Source of the DNA: Terriglobia bacterium
Lineage (GTDB): Bacteria > Acidobacteriota > Polarisedimenticolia > Polarisedimenticolales > JAIQFR01
NCBI GenBank assembly: GCA_963748015.1
Contig: CAVVHE010000005.1
Location: 224,001-288,000, forward strand
Length of the DNA stretch: 64,000 nucleotides
Direction of reading: 5' to 3'
The notes below the pieces were generated by a model. The model saw only the letters and a program-made list of their open reading frames with translations, did no database searches and was not told where the DNA came from. This document shows positions 29,438 to 39,453 of the stretch, piece after piece (position 1 is the stretch's first letter; each line of letters begins with the position of its first letter). A program made the position numbers and the translations under genes.

Positions 29438-30121
29438 TCAGGCCAGACCGTTCCGGATCGCCTTGGCGACCGCCTCGGACTTCGAGTGGACCTGGAGCTT
29501 CTCGTAGATCCGCTTCACGTGGAAGGCGACGGTGTTGACGCTCACGTCGAGCTCGCCGGCGGCGCTCTTGTAGTTGTGGCCGTCCACCAGCATCTTCAGG
29601 ATCCGCGTCTCGTGCGGGGTGAGTTCGTAGTCGGCCCGGTGGGGCGGGCGGACGCTCTGGAATAGGGTGATCACGCGCCTCGCGACCTCCGGCGACATCG
29701 GCGCGCCTCCCTCCACGGCCTCGCGCAGGCTGTCGAGCAGCCGCGCGGGGGGCGTCTTCTTGAGGAGGTAGCCCGAGGCGCCGGCGCACAGCGCGTCGAA
29801 GATCCGCTCGTCGTCGTCGTAGACGGTGAGCATCAGGAGCCGCACGTCGGGGAACTTCTCCCTCAGGATCCGGATTCCCTCGATCCCCGACATCCCCGGA
29901 AGGCCGATGTCCACGAGGGCCACGTCCGGCGGCTCGGCGCCGATCCCAGCGAGAGCATCCTCCATCGAGCGGAACGTCCTCGTGCACCGGTAGCCGCTTG
30001 TCCCGTCGATCAGGAGGGCCAATCCCTCGCGGATCTCGCGCTGGTCCTCGATGATGGCGGTCCGGATCACGCCGCGATCCGGCGGGCCCGCCACCTCGCT
30101 CCGCTGTCCGCTGACGTCCAT
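29438..30121 (-). CDS. NarL/LuxR-family response regulator
   Basis: Receiver (IIED, LVDIGLPGMSG, GYLLK) plus LT..E..IL...VNTV.FHVK.IYEKL.V HTH; start uncertain. Confidence 0.92.
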   Translation of the reverse strand: MDVSGQRSEVAGPPDRGVIRTAIIEDQREIREGLALLIDGTSGYRCTRTFRSMEDALAGIGAEPPDVALVDIGLPGMSGIEGIRILREKFPDVRLLMLTVYDDDERIFDALCAGASGYLLKKTPPARLLDSLREAVEGGAPMSPEVARRVITLFQSVRPPHRADYELTPHETRILKMLVDGHNYKSAAGELDVSVNTVAFHVKRIYEKLQVHSKSEAVAKAIRNGLA

Positions 30122-30161
30122 CGTTCTCAAAGGTACACCCGGCGGCACGCCGTGCTACTAC

Positions 30162-33100
30162 CTACTCAGGTAGGGAACGGCGCCTGAAGACGTTGCGCCT
30201 CCGCCTGACCGGCACCTCGAATCGCACTCGCGTTCCCTCGCCCGGGTTCGAAAGCAACTCGAGCTTTCCACCAAGCTCGGCCGCGCGGCGCTTCATGCTC
30301 GCGAGGCCGTGCCCCTCGAAGTCGGCGCCGGGGTCGAAGCCGCGGCCGTCGTCCCTCACCTCGAGGACGAGGCGGTCTCCCTCGATCCGTAGGTCGACCG
30401 CCACGAGCGAGCAGCCCGAGTGGCGCGCCGCGTTGTTGACGCTCTCCTTCAGCACCAGGTAGGCCTGCCGCCGCACGTCCGGGCCGAGCTTGAGCTGATC
30501 GTCCCCTGCCGGCGCGCGAAAGGCCAGCGCGACGTCCCGCGCCGAGCACGCATCGTTCGCGAAGCGGCGCATGCGCTGGACGACGTCGCTCAGGCGGTCG
30601 CGCCTCGGGTTGATCGCCCAGACGATATCGCTCATCGAGTCCACGAGTTCGCGCGACGTCTCCGCGATGCGCGAGAGGGCGTCGCGCGTCGCCGGCGCTC
30701 CTTCGCCGGCCTTTCGATGGGCCACCTCGGAGAGGATCGCGATCTGCGAGAGGCTCGCGCCGATGTCGTCATGGAGATCGGTCGCGATCCTCGTTCTCAC
30801 GCGCTCCAGCTCCACCAGGCGGGTCACGCGGGCGCGGTGAACCGCCTCGGCCGCCGCGGCGAGGGCCAGCGCGATCGCGCCGAGGAACCACCACCGTTGC
30901 CATGACGGCCGGAGCACCACGAAAGCGAAGACCGCGGGGCGCTCGCTGACCCGCCCGTCGGGAGCGACGGCCCGGACGCGGAAGCGGTAGCGCCCCGGCG
31001 CCAAATTCGCGTAGTCGACGGAGCGGCTCGCCGACCGCTCGCTCCAGTCCCGGTCCGCCCCCTCGAGCATGTACTGGTAGCGAAGCACCCCGCCGGCCCC
31101 GAACGCGATCCCGCCGAACTCGAGCTGGACGCGATTCCGGTCCGGCGGAAGGCGGGCCGGCGCCACCTCGATCTCGCCCAGCTCCGAGACGGGATGCGGA
31201 ACGCCGCCCGCCCGAATACGGCCGATGAAGACCGGTGGCGCCGGGGACGGTGCGTCATCGGCGGGGCGCATCCGCGCGATGCCCCGCAGCGTCCCGAACC
31301 AGAGATCCCCGCCGCGATCGCGGTGCGAGACGTTGACGAACGCGTTCGGCAGCCCGTCGGCCATCGTGAAGTGCCGGACGCGGCCGGTCGCCGGGTCGAG
31401 GCGATCCACGCCCCTGTCGGTGCCGAAGTAGAGGCGTCCATTGTCGTCCTCGACCATGGACGTCACGTAGCTGCTCGAGAGTCCGCTCCTCGTGTCGAGG
31501 ATCTCGAAACGCGGCGGCGAGGCCGAGGGGTCGTCCACCCTCGCGACGCCCCCTTCCTCGGTGGCGATCCACAGCCGGCCCCGCCGGTCGAGCTCGATAG
31601 CGCGGACGAGCCCGCGGGGACACCCCTCCTTCGTGGTGAAGACCTCGAAGCGGCCGTCGCGGTAGCGTGCGATGCCACCGAGGTACATGCCGATCCAGAG
31701 GGCGCCGAGGCCGTCGTCCCGGAAGGCGGTCGGGGCCGATCTAGGATAGCCGTCGGCCACCGTGAAGCGGCGGATCGTGCCGGTCTGCCGGTCCCACCGG
31801 GCCAGCGGATCGTGCAGGACACCGGCGACGGTGCCGATCCACACGTCGCCGCGCGTATCCTCGTAGGCCCGGAACACCTCCTCGCCGCTCATCCCCTCCG
31901 CCCGCCCGTAGACCGAGGCCGGGCGCGCGCCACCGAGGTCGTCCACACGCGCCGTGCCGTGGAACCGGTACAGCTCGGTCCTCGACGGTACCCACCAGTC
32001 GCCCAGGTGGTCCTCGAGGATCCACTGGTACCAGCCCCACCCGAGGTTCTCTTGCGGGACGTTGGGCTTCGTCGCGACGAAGCGTCCCTGCTCGAGCCGG
32101 TAGAGGCGATCGTACGCGGCGGCGCAGAGGTCACCCGCTCGTGTCTCGAAGATGGAAGCGATCCGCGGGTTCGCGAGCCCTTCGGCCTCGGCGTAGGACG
32201 AGAGCCCTCGCCGCGCGAGCCGCATCAGGCCCCCGCCCTCGGTGCCGAGCCAGAGGTCGCCGGCGGAATCCTCTGCGAGACAGGTGATGTCGTTCTGGAC
32301 CAGTCCGTTCTCCGTGAAGTACCAGCGGAACGCCATCTCGCGGCGCTGCTTGGGGCGCAGCTCGCCGAGGCCCACGGCTCCGATCCAGATCGTTCCGTCG
32401 CGCGCCTCGAGCGCGGCGCTCACCTGGGGATCGCGGAGGCCGCCGCCGGTCCCGAGCACGTCGGACACCGCGGAGCCCTCCGGGTCGGGCCGGGCAACGA
32501 GGCGCGCGAAGCCTCCCGCGGTCGCCGCCCAGATGCGCCCCGCGCCGTCCTCGACGAGCGAGCGGACGTCGTCCGCCGGCAGCCCGTTCCGCTGGGTGAA
32601 GCGCTCGACGCGACCGTCCGCGCCGAAGCGATAGAGACCGTACCGCGCGCCGACCCAGAGGCTTCCGTCGCGGGCCGGCAGCAGCGCGGAGACGTAGTTC
32701 TGCCTGGACGCGTCGGCGCGATCTTCCGGAAGGCCGACCGGGTGGAAGCGGGCGCGGCTGCCCTCGATCTCCACGCGGAAGAGTCCCGAGGTCGCGCCGG
32801 CCCACAGCCGGCCGGCCCGGTCCTCGAGCAGCGCCGTGATGGACGGCGCCGGCTCTCCGTCGGTCTCGAGCAGCGAGAAGAAGCTGCGGTCGGCCTTCGG
32901 ATCGAATCGGACGATCCCCCGGGCCGTTCCGACCAGGTACGTGCCGTCGCGAGTTTCGAGAAAGTCGCCGATCGCCGCGGGCGGCAGCCCGCTCTCCGCC
33001 CCGTACGTCGTGAAGCGGTAGCCGTCGAAGCGGCTCAGCTGGTACCGGTGGCAGATCCAGAGATATCCGCGCGAGTCTCGAACGATGCGCCGGACCGAGT

Positions 33101-33254
33101 CGCTCGCGAGCCCGTCCGCGGTGGTGAACGACGCGATCGGCAACCGCTCCGCCCGCGCGCCACCGGCGGAGACCAGGAGGAGGACTGCCAGACACGACAG
33201 CCCGGCCGCCAGACGGCGGAAACCGCTCCTGCCCCCCACCCGGACGATCGACAC
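30162..33254 (-). CDS. Sensor histidine kinase with beta-propeller (Reg_prop) and Y_Y_Y domains, HisKA_3 type
   Basis: Repeated ED..G.LW.GT units, YQYMLEG...YANLAPGRYRFRVRA, TM, RIATDLHDDIG, KESVNNA, DDGRGF, GHGL; start approximate. Confidence 0.9.
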   Translation of the reverse strand: MSIVRVGGRSGFRRLAAGLSCLAVLLLVSAGGARAERLPIASFTTADGLASDSVRRIVRDSRGYLWICHRYQLSRFDGYRFTTYGAESGLPPAAIGDFLETRDGTYLVGTARGIVRFDPKADRSFFSLLETDGEPAPSITALLEDRAGRLWAGATSGLFRVEIEGSRARFHPVGLPEDRADASRQNYVSALLPARDGSLWVGARYGLYRFGADGRVERFTQRNGLPADDVRSLVEDGAGRIWAATAGGFARLVARPDPEGSAVSDVLGTGGGLRDPQVSAALEARDGTIWIGAVGLGELRPKQRREMAFRWYFTENGLVQNDITCLAEDSAGDLWLGTEGGGLMRLARRGLSSYAEAEGLANPRIASIFETRAGDLCAAAYDRLYRLEQGRFVATKPNVPQENLGWGWYQWILEDHLGDWWVPSRTELYRFHGTARVDDLGGARPASVYGRAEGMSGEEVFRAYEDTRGDVWIGTVAGVLHDPLARWDRQTGTIRRFTVADGYPRSAPTAFRDDGLGALWIGMYLGGIARYRDGRFEVFTTKEGCPRGLVRAIELDRRGRLWIATEEGGVARVDDPSASPPRFEILDTRSGLSSSYVTSMVEDDNGRLYFGTDRGVDRLDPATGRVRHFTMADGLPNAFVNVSHRDRGGDLWFGTLRGIARMRPADDAPSPAPPVFIGRIRAGGVPHPVSELGEIEVAPARLPPDRNRVQLEFGGIAFGAGGVLRYQYMLEGADRDWSERSASRSVDYANLAPGRYRFRVRAVAPDGRVSERPAVFAFVVLRPSWQRWWFLGAIALALAAAAEAVHRARVTRLVELERVRTRIATDLHDDIGASLSQIAILSEVAHRKAGEGAPATRDALSRIAETSRELVDSMSDIVWAINPRRDRLSDVVQRMRRFANDACSARDVALAFRAPAGDDQLKLGPDVRRQAYLVLKESVNNAARHSGCSLVAVDLRIEGDRLVLEVRDDGRGFDPGADFEGHGLASMKRRAAELGGKLELLSNPGEGTRVRFEVPVRRRRNVFRRRSLPE

Positions 33255-33337
33255 GTGTTTCCCGACCGGAGGCCGCCGGCGTCGTCGGATCTTGAAGGAC
33301 GCGGCTCCGGTTTCGGGGGTAAAGATACGACGGTTCG

Positions 33338-33892
33338 TCAGCCCTTGGAACGCCCGGGGTGGCGGTTTCCCGGCCGCGCCGGCTGGCGCGAAGGGTTCGC
33401 GCCAGGCGCATGCCGCCAGCTCGAGGGATCGACCGCGTCGGGCCGTCCCCCTGCGCGGGCGCCGTTGCCCCCGCGGTGGAGCCTTCCGCCCTGCGCCGGC
33501 ACGCCGTACGGGTAGGTGCGGGGGTATCCCGGATACCCGTCGTGGCCGCGGTACCCGTAATATCCGTAATACCCGTAGTACGGCGACAGCAGCCTGTACC
33601 GTGGCTCCGGCGGGGCGGTGTACGCGTCCACCACGGCGCGGTCGAAGTCGTAGCGGCGGTCCGCATCGACGCGCGCGTACTCGCGGTCGAGGAACTCCTG
33701 CACGAAGCGCCACTCTCCCCCGTCGGGCGTGCGGACGGGCCCGTCGGGGGCGGTCGGCGGGCCGAACTTCTCGAGATCGGCGTTGGTGTAGAGGGGAACC
33801 GGTTCGCCGGCCGGAAGCTGCTCCGCCCGGGCCGGCGCCTGGATCGCCAGAACGCCGATCGCCGCGGCCGCGAGAAGGCCGATTCGCCTCAT
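33338..33892 (-). CDS. Hypothetical secreted protein with Tyr/Gly-rich low-complexity segment
   Basis: Signal peptide MRRIGLLAAAAIGVLAIQAPARA, YTNADL motif, YYGYYGYYGY repeat. Confidence 0.65.
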   Translation of the reverse strand: MRRIGLLAAAAIGVLAIQAPARAEQLPAGEPVPLYTNADLEKFGPPTAPDGPVRTPDGGEWRFVQEFLDREYARVDADRRYDFDRAVVDAYTAPPEPRYRLLSPYYGYYGYYGYRGHDGYPGYPRTYPYGVPAQGGRLHRGGNGARAGGRPDAVDPSSWRHAPGANPSRQPARPGNRHPGRSKG

Positions 33893-33971
33893 GGAATGAA
33901 GGTACGGCGAACCGGCCAGGCGGGCCACGTCGAGGCCGCGAGAATATGGGGCCTCGGCGGCGGCCGCGGCT

Positions 33972-34949
33972 TCAGACCGGGAGGCCGGACGCGTCGAACA
34001 TCCCCTCGAAGAGGACGGTCGAGAGGTAGCGCTCCCCGGCGTCCGGCAGGACGACGACGATCGTCTTCCCGGCGAACTCGGGCGCCCGAGCAAGCCGGGC
34101 GGCGACGGCGGTCGCGGCGCCGCAGGAGATGCCGGACAGGAGCCCCTCCTCGCGGGCGAGGCGGCGGGCGTATTCGACGGCCTCCTCGTTGGTCACCTGC
34201 TCGACCCGGTCCACGAGCGACAGGTCGAGCGTATCGGGAACGAACCCGGCCCCGAGCCCCTGGATCTTGTGCGGCCCCGGCCGGAGCTCCTGCCCCGCGA
34301 GCCTCTGCGAGAGGACCGGGCTGCCGGCAGGCTCGACCGCGACCGAGAGGATCGCCTTGCCCTTGGTCTTCTTGATGAAGCGGGACACTCCTGTGATGGT
34401 GCCGCCCGTGCCGACGCCGGACACGAGGACGTCGATCGCTCCGTCCGTGTCCTCCCAGATCTCCGGCCCCGTCGTCCTCTCGTGGATCGCGGGGTTCGCC
34501 GGGTTCTTGAACTGCTGGGGCATGAAGTAGCGCTTCGGATCGCTCGCCGCGATCTCCTCCGCCCTAGCGATCGCCCCCTTCATCCCCGCGGGGCCGTCCG
34601 TGAGCACGAGCTTCGCGCCGAAGGCGGCCAGGACCTTCCGGCGCTCCACGCTCATCGTCTCCGGCATCGTCAGGGTGAGGGCGTAGCCGCGCGCCGCGGC
34701 GACGTAGGCCAGGGCGATTCCGGTGTTGCCGCTGGTGGGCTCGACGATCTCCATGCCGGGAAGGAGCGCCCCCCGCCCCTCCGCGTCCCAGACCATCGCG
34801 GCGCCGATTCGGCATTTCACGGAGTAGGCGGGGTTCCGCCCCTCGATCTTCGCGAGGACCAGGGGGCCTCCCGCGGGAACGACGCGGTTGAGGCGCACCA
34901 GCGGGGTGCGGCCGATGGAGCGGGTCACGTCGGGGAAGAAACTCGCCAT
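33972..34949 (-). CDS. cysK: Cysteine synthase A
   Basis: [17 protein letters not shown] (PLP Lys), [36 protein letters not shown]. Confidence 0.95.
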   Translation of the reverse strand: MASFFPDVTRSIGRTPLVRLNRVVPAGGPLVLAKIEGRNPAYSVKCRIGAAMVWDAEGRGALLPGMEIVEPTSGNTGIALAYVAAARGYALTLTMPETMSVERRKVLAAFGAKLVLTDGPAGMKGAIARAEEIAASDPKRYFMPQQFKNPANPAIHERTTGPEIWEDTDGAIDVLVSGVGTGGTITGVSRFIKKTKGKAILSVAVEPAGSPVLSQRLAGQELRPGPHKIQGLGAGFVPDTLDLSLVDRVEQVTNEEAVEYARRLAREEGLLSGISCGAATAVAARLARAPEFAGKTIVVVLPDAGERYLSTVLFEGMFDASGLPV

Positions 34950-35053
34950 GACGGCCTCCGGGACGCCTTCGGACGGGCGTTGCGATGACGAACGACTTTC
35001 AGTATGCGGCGTTCGTGGGAGTCTCGCACTCTCTGGGCGGCGAGTGACCCGCG

Positions 35054-36448
35054 TCAGGCGAGGATCGCGAGCGCAAGGTCCCGCGCCTGGGAGCGGATCT
35101 CGGGGACCGCGAGGGTCTCCCAGAGCGAGCCCTTTCGCGGCGGTCCCAGGGTGGACAGGACGGTCGAGCGGACCCCGTCCGCCCCGATCAACAATCCGTC
35201 GGGACCCGCGTCGAGCCCGAACCCGAGCGGGCCCGGGCGGGCCGCGCCGCTCCGGAGGAGCTCGTCGACGAGGGGGCTCACCGTCCCGGCGTAGACTTCG
35301 TGCGGGCCGGTGCAGTTCACGATCGCGGTCACCAGCAGGCACTCATCGGCGACCGCCCCGCGCCTCCTCAGCCACACCCGCGCGCCGTCCGCGTCGGCCT
35401 CGACCCGCACGAGGCGCGCCGCCCGCGGGCGCAACGTTCCCGACCGGAGCAGTTCCTCGAGCCGTCGCGCCACATCGGGAGCGATACGGTGACGGGCGGT
35501 GTCCCAGTAGGGACGCACGTGCCGCAAGAACCGCCGCCGTTCGAGTCTCGGAAAAGCCCTGCCACAGTCCCTGGGTCCGCGGCCTGAGGCCGTCCACGAC
35601 GGCCCGCCAATCCTCGGGCTCGCCGAGGCTTCTCTCCCTCGAAACTTCCGAACTCGCCGCACGAGGTCGCGCAATCCGAGCGTCTCTCCCGGCGCCACCG
35701 GCGGCAACGGTTCCGGTGGAAGCGGGGCGTGCGACCGCGGCAGCTTCCCTCGCCTCGAGATCGCGTGGAGCGGCCCCGTGATCCCGCGCTCCGCGAGGAC
35801 GAGCGCCACGTCCGCCATCGTCAGCCCGGTGCCGAGCAGCAGGACGGGCCCGTCGGCGGCGAGCGCCTCCAGCGCTCCCGGCGTCCACGGGTCGGACACG
35901 TAGAGCGGAGGAGCGAGCCGCGACAGCCCGGGCACTTCAGGGGAGCTCGGAGGGCGGTTTCCCAGCGCGAGAACGGCATGCGCGGCCGCGATCTCGCCCC
36001 CGTCCGCGAGGACGATGGAGACGCCCCCTCGCGAGGGACGCGCGGCAACCGCCTCCCCCGCGATCCGGCGGAGCGTGACGCCCGGTATCGCCGCGCGCTC
36101 GGCCTCGTCGAGCGCCGCGGCCACGTACGCGCCGTAAACGGACCGCGGCAAGAAGTCCTCCGGCCCCGCGCCCGGCACGGGCCCGTCGCCCCTCGGCCCG
36201 TTCAGCCACCGCACGAAATGGTCCGGATCGTCCGGGAGGGCGCTCATGCTCCCGGCACGCACGTTGAGCAGGTGGAGCTCGCTGGCCGTGCCGAAGGCCA
36301 CGCCCCGGCCGAAGCGCCCGCCGCGGTCGATCAGCGCGATCTCGAGCGGCGCCCGCGCGAGCCGCAGGAGCTGCACGGCGACGAACGTACCGCTGACCCC
36401 GCCGCCGACGATCGCGACCGTTCGAGAAGGAGAAACCAACCTGTCCAC
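35054..36448 (-). CDS. FAD/NAD(P)-binding protein
   Basis: [15 protein letters not shown]...[37 protein letters not shown]; segment ~35545-35640 appears shifted by two compensating indels ([11 protein letters not shown] in another frame). Confidence 0.8.
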   Translation of the reverse strand: MDRLVSPSRTVAIVGGGVSGTFVAVQLLRLARAPLEIALIDRGGRFGRGVAFGTASELHLLNVRAGSMSALPDDPDHFVRWLNGPRGDGPVPGAGPEDFLPRSVYGAYVAAALDEAERAAIPGVTLRRIAGEAVAARPSRGGVSIVLADGGEIAAAHAVLALGNRPPSSPEVPGLSRLAPPLYVSDPWTPGALEALAADGPVLLLGTGLTMADVALVLAERGITGPLHAISRRGKLPRSHAPLPPEPLPPVAPGETLGLRDLVRRVRKFRGREASASPRIGGPSWTASGRGPRDCGRAFPRLERRRFLRHVRPYWDTARHRIAPDVARRLEELLRSGTLRPRAARLVRVEADADGARVWLRRRGAVADECLLVTAIVNCTGPHEVYAGTVSPLVDELLRSGAARPGPLGFGLDAGPDGLLIGADGVRSTVLSTLGPPRKGSLWETLAVPEIRSQARDLALAILA

Positions 36449-36591
36449 GGTCCCTCGACGCGGCTCCGAATGCCGTACGGGGTGCGATTCAGGTAGCCGA
36501 CGAGGCTACGGCACCTCCACTCGAGCGCGTACGTCTCCGGCCGGAAGCAGTATCGCACGCGGATGCGCTGCCCGCGGCGCCCCGCCCCGCC

Positions 36592-37299
36592 TCATCCACG
36601 GAGCGGGCGCAGGAGGAACCCTCTCCCGGCCAGCACGCGCCGCACCTCCGCGAGGATGCGGGCGGCGCCCGGCGTGTCGGAGTGCACGCAGATCGTGTCC
36701 ACCCGCCCGTCCCTCGCCAGGCGGAGGGCCTGGGCCGCCGCCTCGGCGGGATCCGTGATCAGCGCGCCGGGCAGACGCCTCGAGCGGAGCGAGCCGTCGG
36801 GCTCGTAGGCCCGGTCGGCGAACCCCTCCCCCGCCACCGCGAATCCGAGAGCGCGCCAGAGCTCGAGCGCCGGCGACCCCGCGAGGCCGACGAGCACGAG
36901 ACCGGGGTCGTGGAGGGCCACGCCCCGGGCGACCGCCTCGGCGATCGCGGCGTCCTTCATCGCTTCCCCGTAGAGCGCGCCGTGCGGCTTCACGTGGCCG
37001 AGGATGGCACCGGCGCGCGCCGCGATGCGCGCGAGGGCTAGAACCTGGGAGCGCACCGCCTCGGCGAGCTCGCCGGGCGTCATCGCCAGGGCGACCCGCC
37101 CGAAGCCCTCCCGGTCCGGGTAGGAGGGGTGCGCGCCGAGGGCCACGCCGTGCGCGAGGGACTGCCGCACGGCCGCCTCCATGGAGGCGTCGTCTCCGGC
37201 GTGCCCTCCGCATGCGATGTTGGCCGACGTGATGCACGGGTAGATCGCATCCTCGCCCAGCCCCTCGCCGAGGTCGCAGTTGAGATCGATCTCGCTCAC
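36592..37299 (-). CDS. pxpA: 5-oxoprolinase subunit A (LamB/YcsF)
   Basis: IDLNCDLGE, SANIACGGHAGD, GAHPSYPD..GFGR, HVKPHGALY, FADRAY, TICVHSD. Confidence 0.93.
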   Translation of the reverse strand: MSEIDLNCDLGEGLGEDAIYPCITSANIACGGHAGDDASMEAAVRQSLAHGVALGAHPSYPDREGFGRVALAMTPGELAEAVRSQVLALARIAARAGAILGHVKPHGALYGEAMKDAAIAEAVARGVALHDPGLVLVGLAGSPALELWRALGFAVAGEGFADRAYEPDGSLRSRRLPGALITDPAEAAAQALRLARDGRVDTICVHSDTPGAARILAEVRRVLAGRGFLLRPLRG

Positions 37300-38513
37300 G
37301 ACAGCTCCTCCCCCCGGGTCTCCGGGAGCAGAAGGACCAGGAACGCGCCCGCGAGGAAGAACGCCGACGTGAAGGCGAGCGCGATCCCGAGGCCGTAGGC
37401 GTCCGCGAGGGCGCCGATCGTGAAGGGCGCGAGCGCGCTCACCGCCCGCCCCGCGTTGTAGCAGATCCCCTGCGCCGTTGCGCGGATCGAGGACGGGAAC
37501 AGCTCCGCCAGCATCGCGCCGAAGACGCTGAAGTAGCCGTGGCCGAAGAAGCCGACGAGGGGGCCGAGAAGGAGGAGCGCGGTCGCGCTCCGCGCGCCCA
37601 TCCCGTACACGGGAACGAGGACCGCCGCGCCGAGCACGAACGCCTGCACCGCCGGGCGCCTCCCGAACCGGTCCGCGAAGAAACCGAAGGACGAGTAGCC
37701 CAGGAACGCACCCGCCTGCATCGCGACGATCCACCATGACGATCGCACGACGCCGAGACCCGCTCCCCCGGCCTCCCTGGAGCCCGCGAGATAGGAAGGC
37801 ACCCACGTGAAGAGCCCCCAGTAGGCGAAGAGCAGGCTCGTCGCGAGCGCCGTCGAGACGACGACTCGGCGGCGGAGGGGCGGCCGCAGTAGCGCTCTCG
37901 CGTCCAGGAGCGGCCTTCGCGCGGAGGAGCTCCAGATCTCGGGCTCCGGCACGCTCCGCCTGATCCACACGGTGAGCAGCGCCGGCGCGATGCCGAGGGC
38001 GAACAGGACCCGCCACCCGTACTTGGGAAGGATCGCGGCGGCGAGGAGCGCGGCCGCGGCGTAGCCGATCGCCCAGCCCGACTGCATGAGCCCGATCGCC
38101 TTCCCCCGGTGGCGCGCCGGCCACGTCTCCGCCACGAGCACCGACCCGGCGGACCACTCCCCTCCGAGTCCGATCCCGACGAGGGCGCGCCAGAGCACGA
38201 GCTCGGCGACGCTTCTCGAGGTGGCCGTCAGCGCCGTGAACACGGAGTACGTGAGGATCGAGACGATCAGCGCGCGCGCCCGCCCGATCCGGTCGGCCGC
38301 GAAGCCGAACAGGATGCCTCCGGCGGCGGAAGCGAGGAGGGTCACCGAGGCGAGCGCCCCCGCCTGCGCCGCGTCGAGACCGAACTCGGAGCGGATCGCT
38401 CCGAGGGCGAAGGCGTAGAGCATGACGTCGAGGGCGTCGAGCATCCACCCGAGACCCGCCGCGATCAGCGTCTTCCACTGGGCCGGGGTGATCGGATCAG
38501 CCGAGGAGCTCAC
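37296..38513 (-). CDS. MFS transporter
   Basis: About 12 TM, ADRIGR and DRFGRR motifs, GIGLGGEW, AELFP..IRA. Confidence 0.9.
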   Translation of the reverse strand: MSSSADPITPAQWKTLIAAGLGWMLDALDVMLYAFALGAIRSEFGLDAAQAGALASVTLLASAAGGILFGFAADRIGRARALIVSILTYSVFTALTATSRSVAELVLWRALVGIGLGGEWSAGSVLVAETWPARHRGKAIGLMQSGWAIGYAAAALLAAAILPKYGWRVLFALGIAPALLTVWIRRSVPEPEIWSSSARRPLLDARALLRPPLRRRVVVSTALATSLLFAYWGLFTWVPSYLAGSREAGGAGLGVVRSSWWIVAMQAGAFLGYSSFGFFADRFGRRPAVQAFVLGAAVLVPVYGMGARSATALLLLGPLVGFFGHGYFSVFGAMLAELFPSSIRATAQGICYNAGRAVSALAPFTIGALADAYGLGIALAFTSAFFLAGAFLVLLLPETRGEELS

Positions 38514-39453
38514 GAAGAGCGTTCTCCTGCTCCGCGAGGAGCGCCTGCGCCGTGTCGAACGAAACGGGCTCGAAGCGCACGACGTCGCGCGGACGGAGCT
38601 GCCCGAGCGCGTGGAAGTCGGCGGAGACGACGCTGGCGATCTTCGGGTACCCGCCGGTCGTGGGATGCTCGACGAGGAGGACGATCGGTTGCCCGTCGGG
38701 CGGGACCTGCACGGCCCCCGGGCAGACCCCCTCGGTGACGAGCTCGCGACCGGCCGAGGGGAGGATCGCGCGCCCCTCGAGCCGGAGTCCCATCCGGTTC
38801 GACAATTCGGTCACCCGGTAGCCTTCCGCGTGGAACGCGAGGCGCTCGTCCTCGGGGAACCAGGCCGCCTGCGGCCCGGGGGTGACGCGAAGGGCGTCGC
38901 GGCGCAGGAGGCCGGGGACGCCACGCGGGTCGAAGCGCGCGGAGGGGAGCTCGCCCGCGACGCGGTCGCCGACGTCGAGCCGGTCGCCGATCCGCAGCGG
39001 CCGCCCCTCGAACCCGCCCAGGCCGACGAGGAGGTGCGTGGAGGCGCTCCCGAGGACGTCGGGCACCGAGATCCCGCCCCGCACGCACAGGTAGGCTCTC
39101 GCGCCCCCGCGAGTCGCGCCGAGCTGCAGCGTCTGCCCCGCCCGCGCCTCGAGGGGGGCCCACGATGGGACCGCGGCGCCGTCGAGCCGCGGGGCGAAGT
39201 CCGAGCCGGCGAACGCGATCACGGCGGGACGCTCGAACGCGAACGTCCCGCCGACTAGGGTCAGCTCGAGCGCCGCGGCGCCGTCCCCGTTCCCGACGAG
39301 GCGGTTGCCGATGCGGAGCGAGAGGGGATCGGCCGCCCCCGACGGCGGCACGCCGAGCTCGCCGTGACCGAAGCGCCCGAGGTCCTGGACGGTCGTCAGG
39401 AGGCCGGGCGCCACGACGCGGATCGTCCCCCTCGCGACGTCTCGTGCGCTCAC
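38497..39453 (-). CDS. pxpC: 5-oxoprolinase subunit C
   Basis: PGLLTTVQDLGR.G, GARAYL...GG, SNRMG.RL, GAVQVP..GQPI, TTGGYPKI. Confidence 0.9.
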   Translation of the reverse strand: MSARDVARGTIRVVAPGLLTTVQDLGRFGHGELGVPPSGAADPLSLRIGNRLVGNGDGAAALELTLVGGTFAFERPAVIAFAGSDFAPRLDGAAVPSWAPLEARAGQTLQLGATRGGARAYLCVRGGISVPDVLGSASTHLLVGLGGFEGRPLRIGDRLDVGDRVAGELPSARFDPRGVPGLLRRDALRVTPGPQAAWFPEDERLAFHAEGYRVTELSNRMGLRLEGRAILPSAGRELVTEGVCPGAVQVPPDGQPIVLLVEHPTTGGYPKIASVVSADFHALGQLRPRDVVRFEPVSFDTAQALLAEQENALRELLG

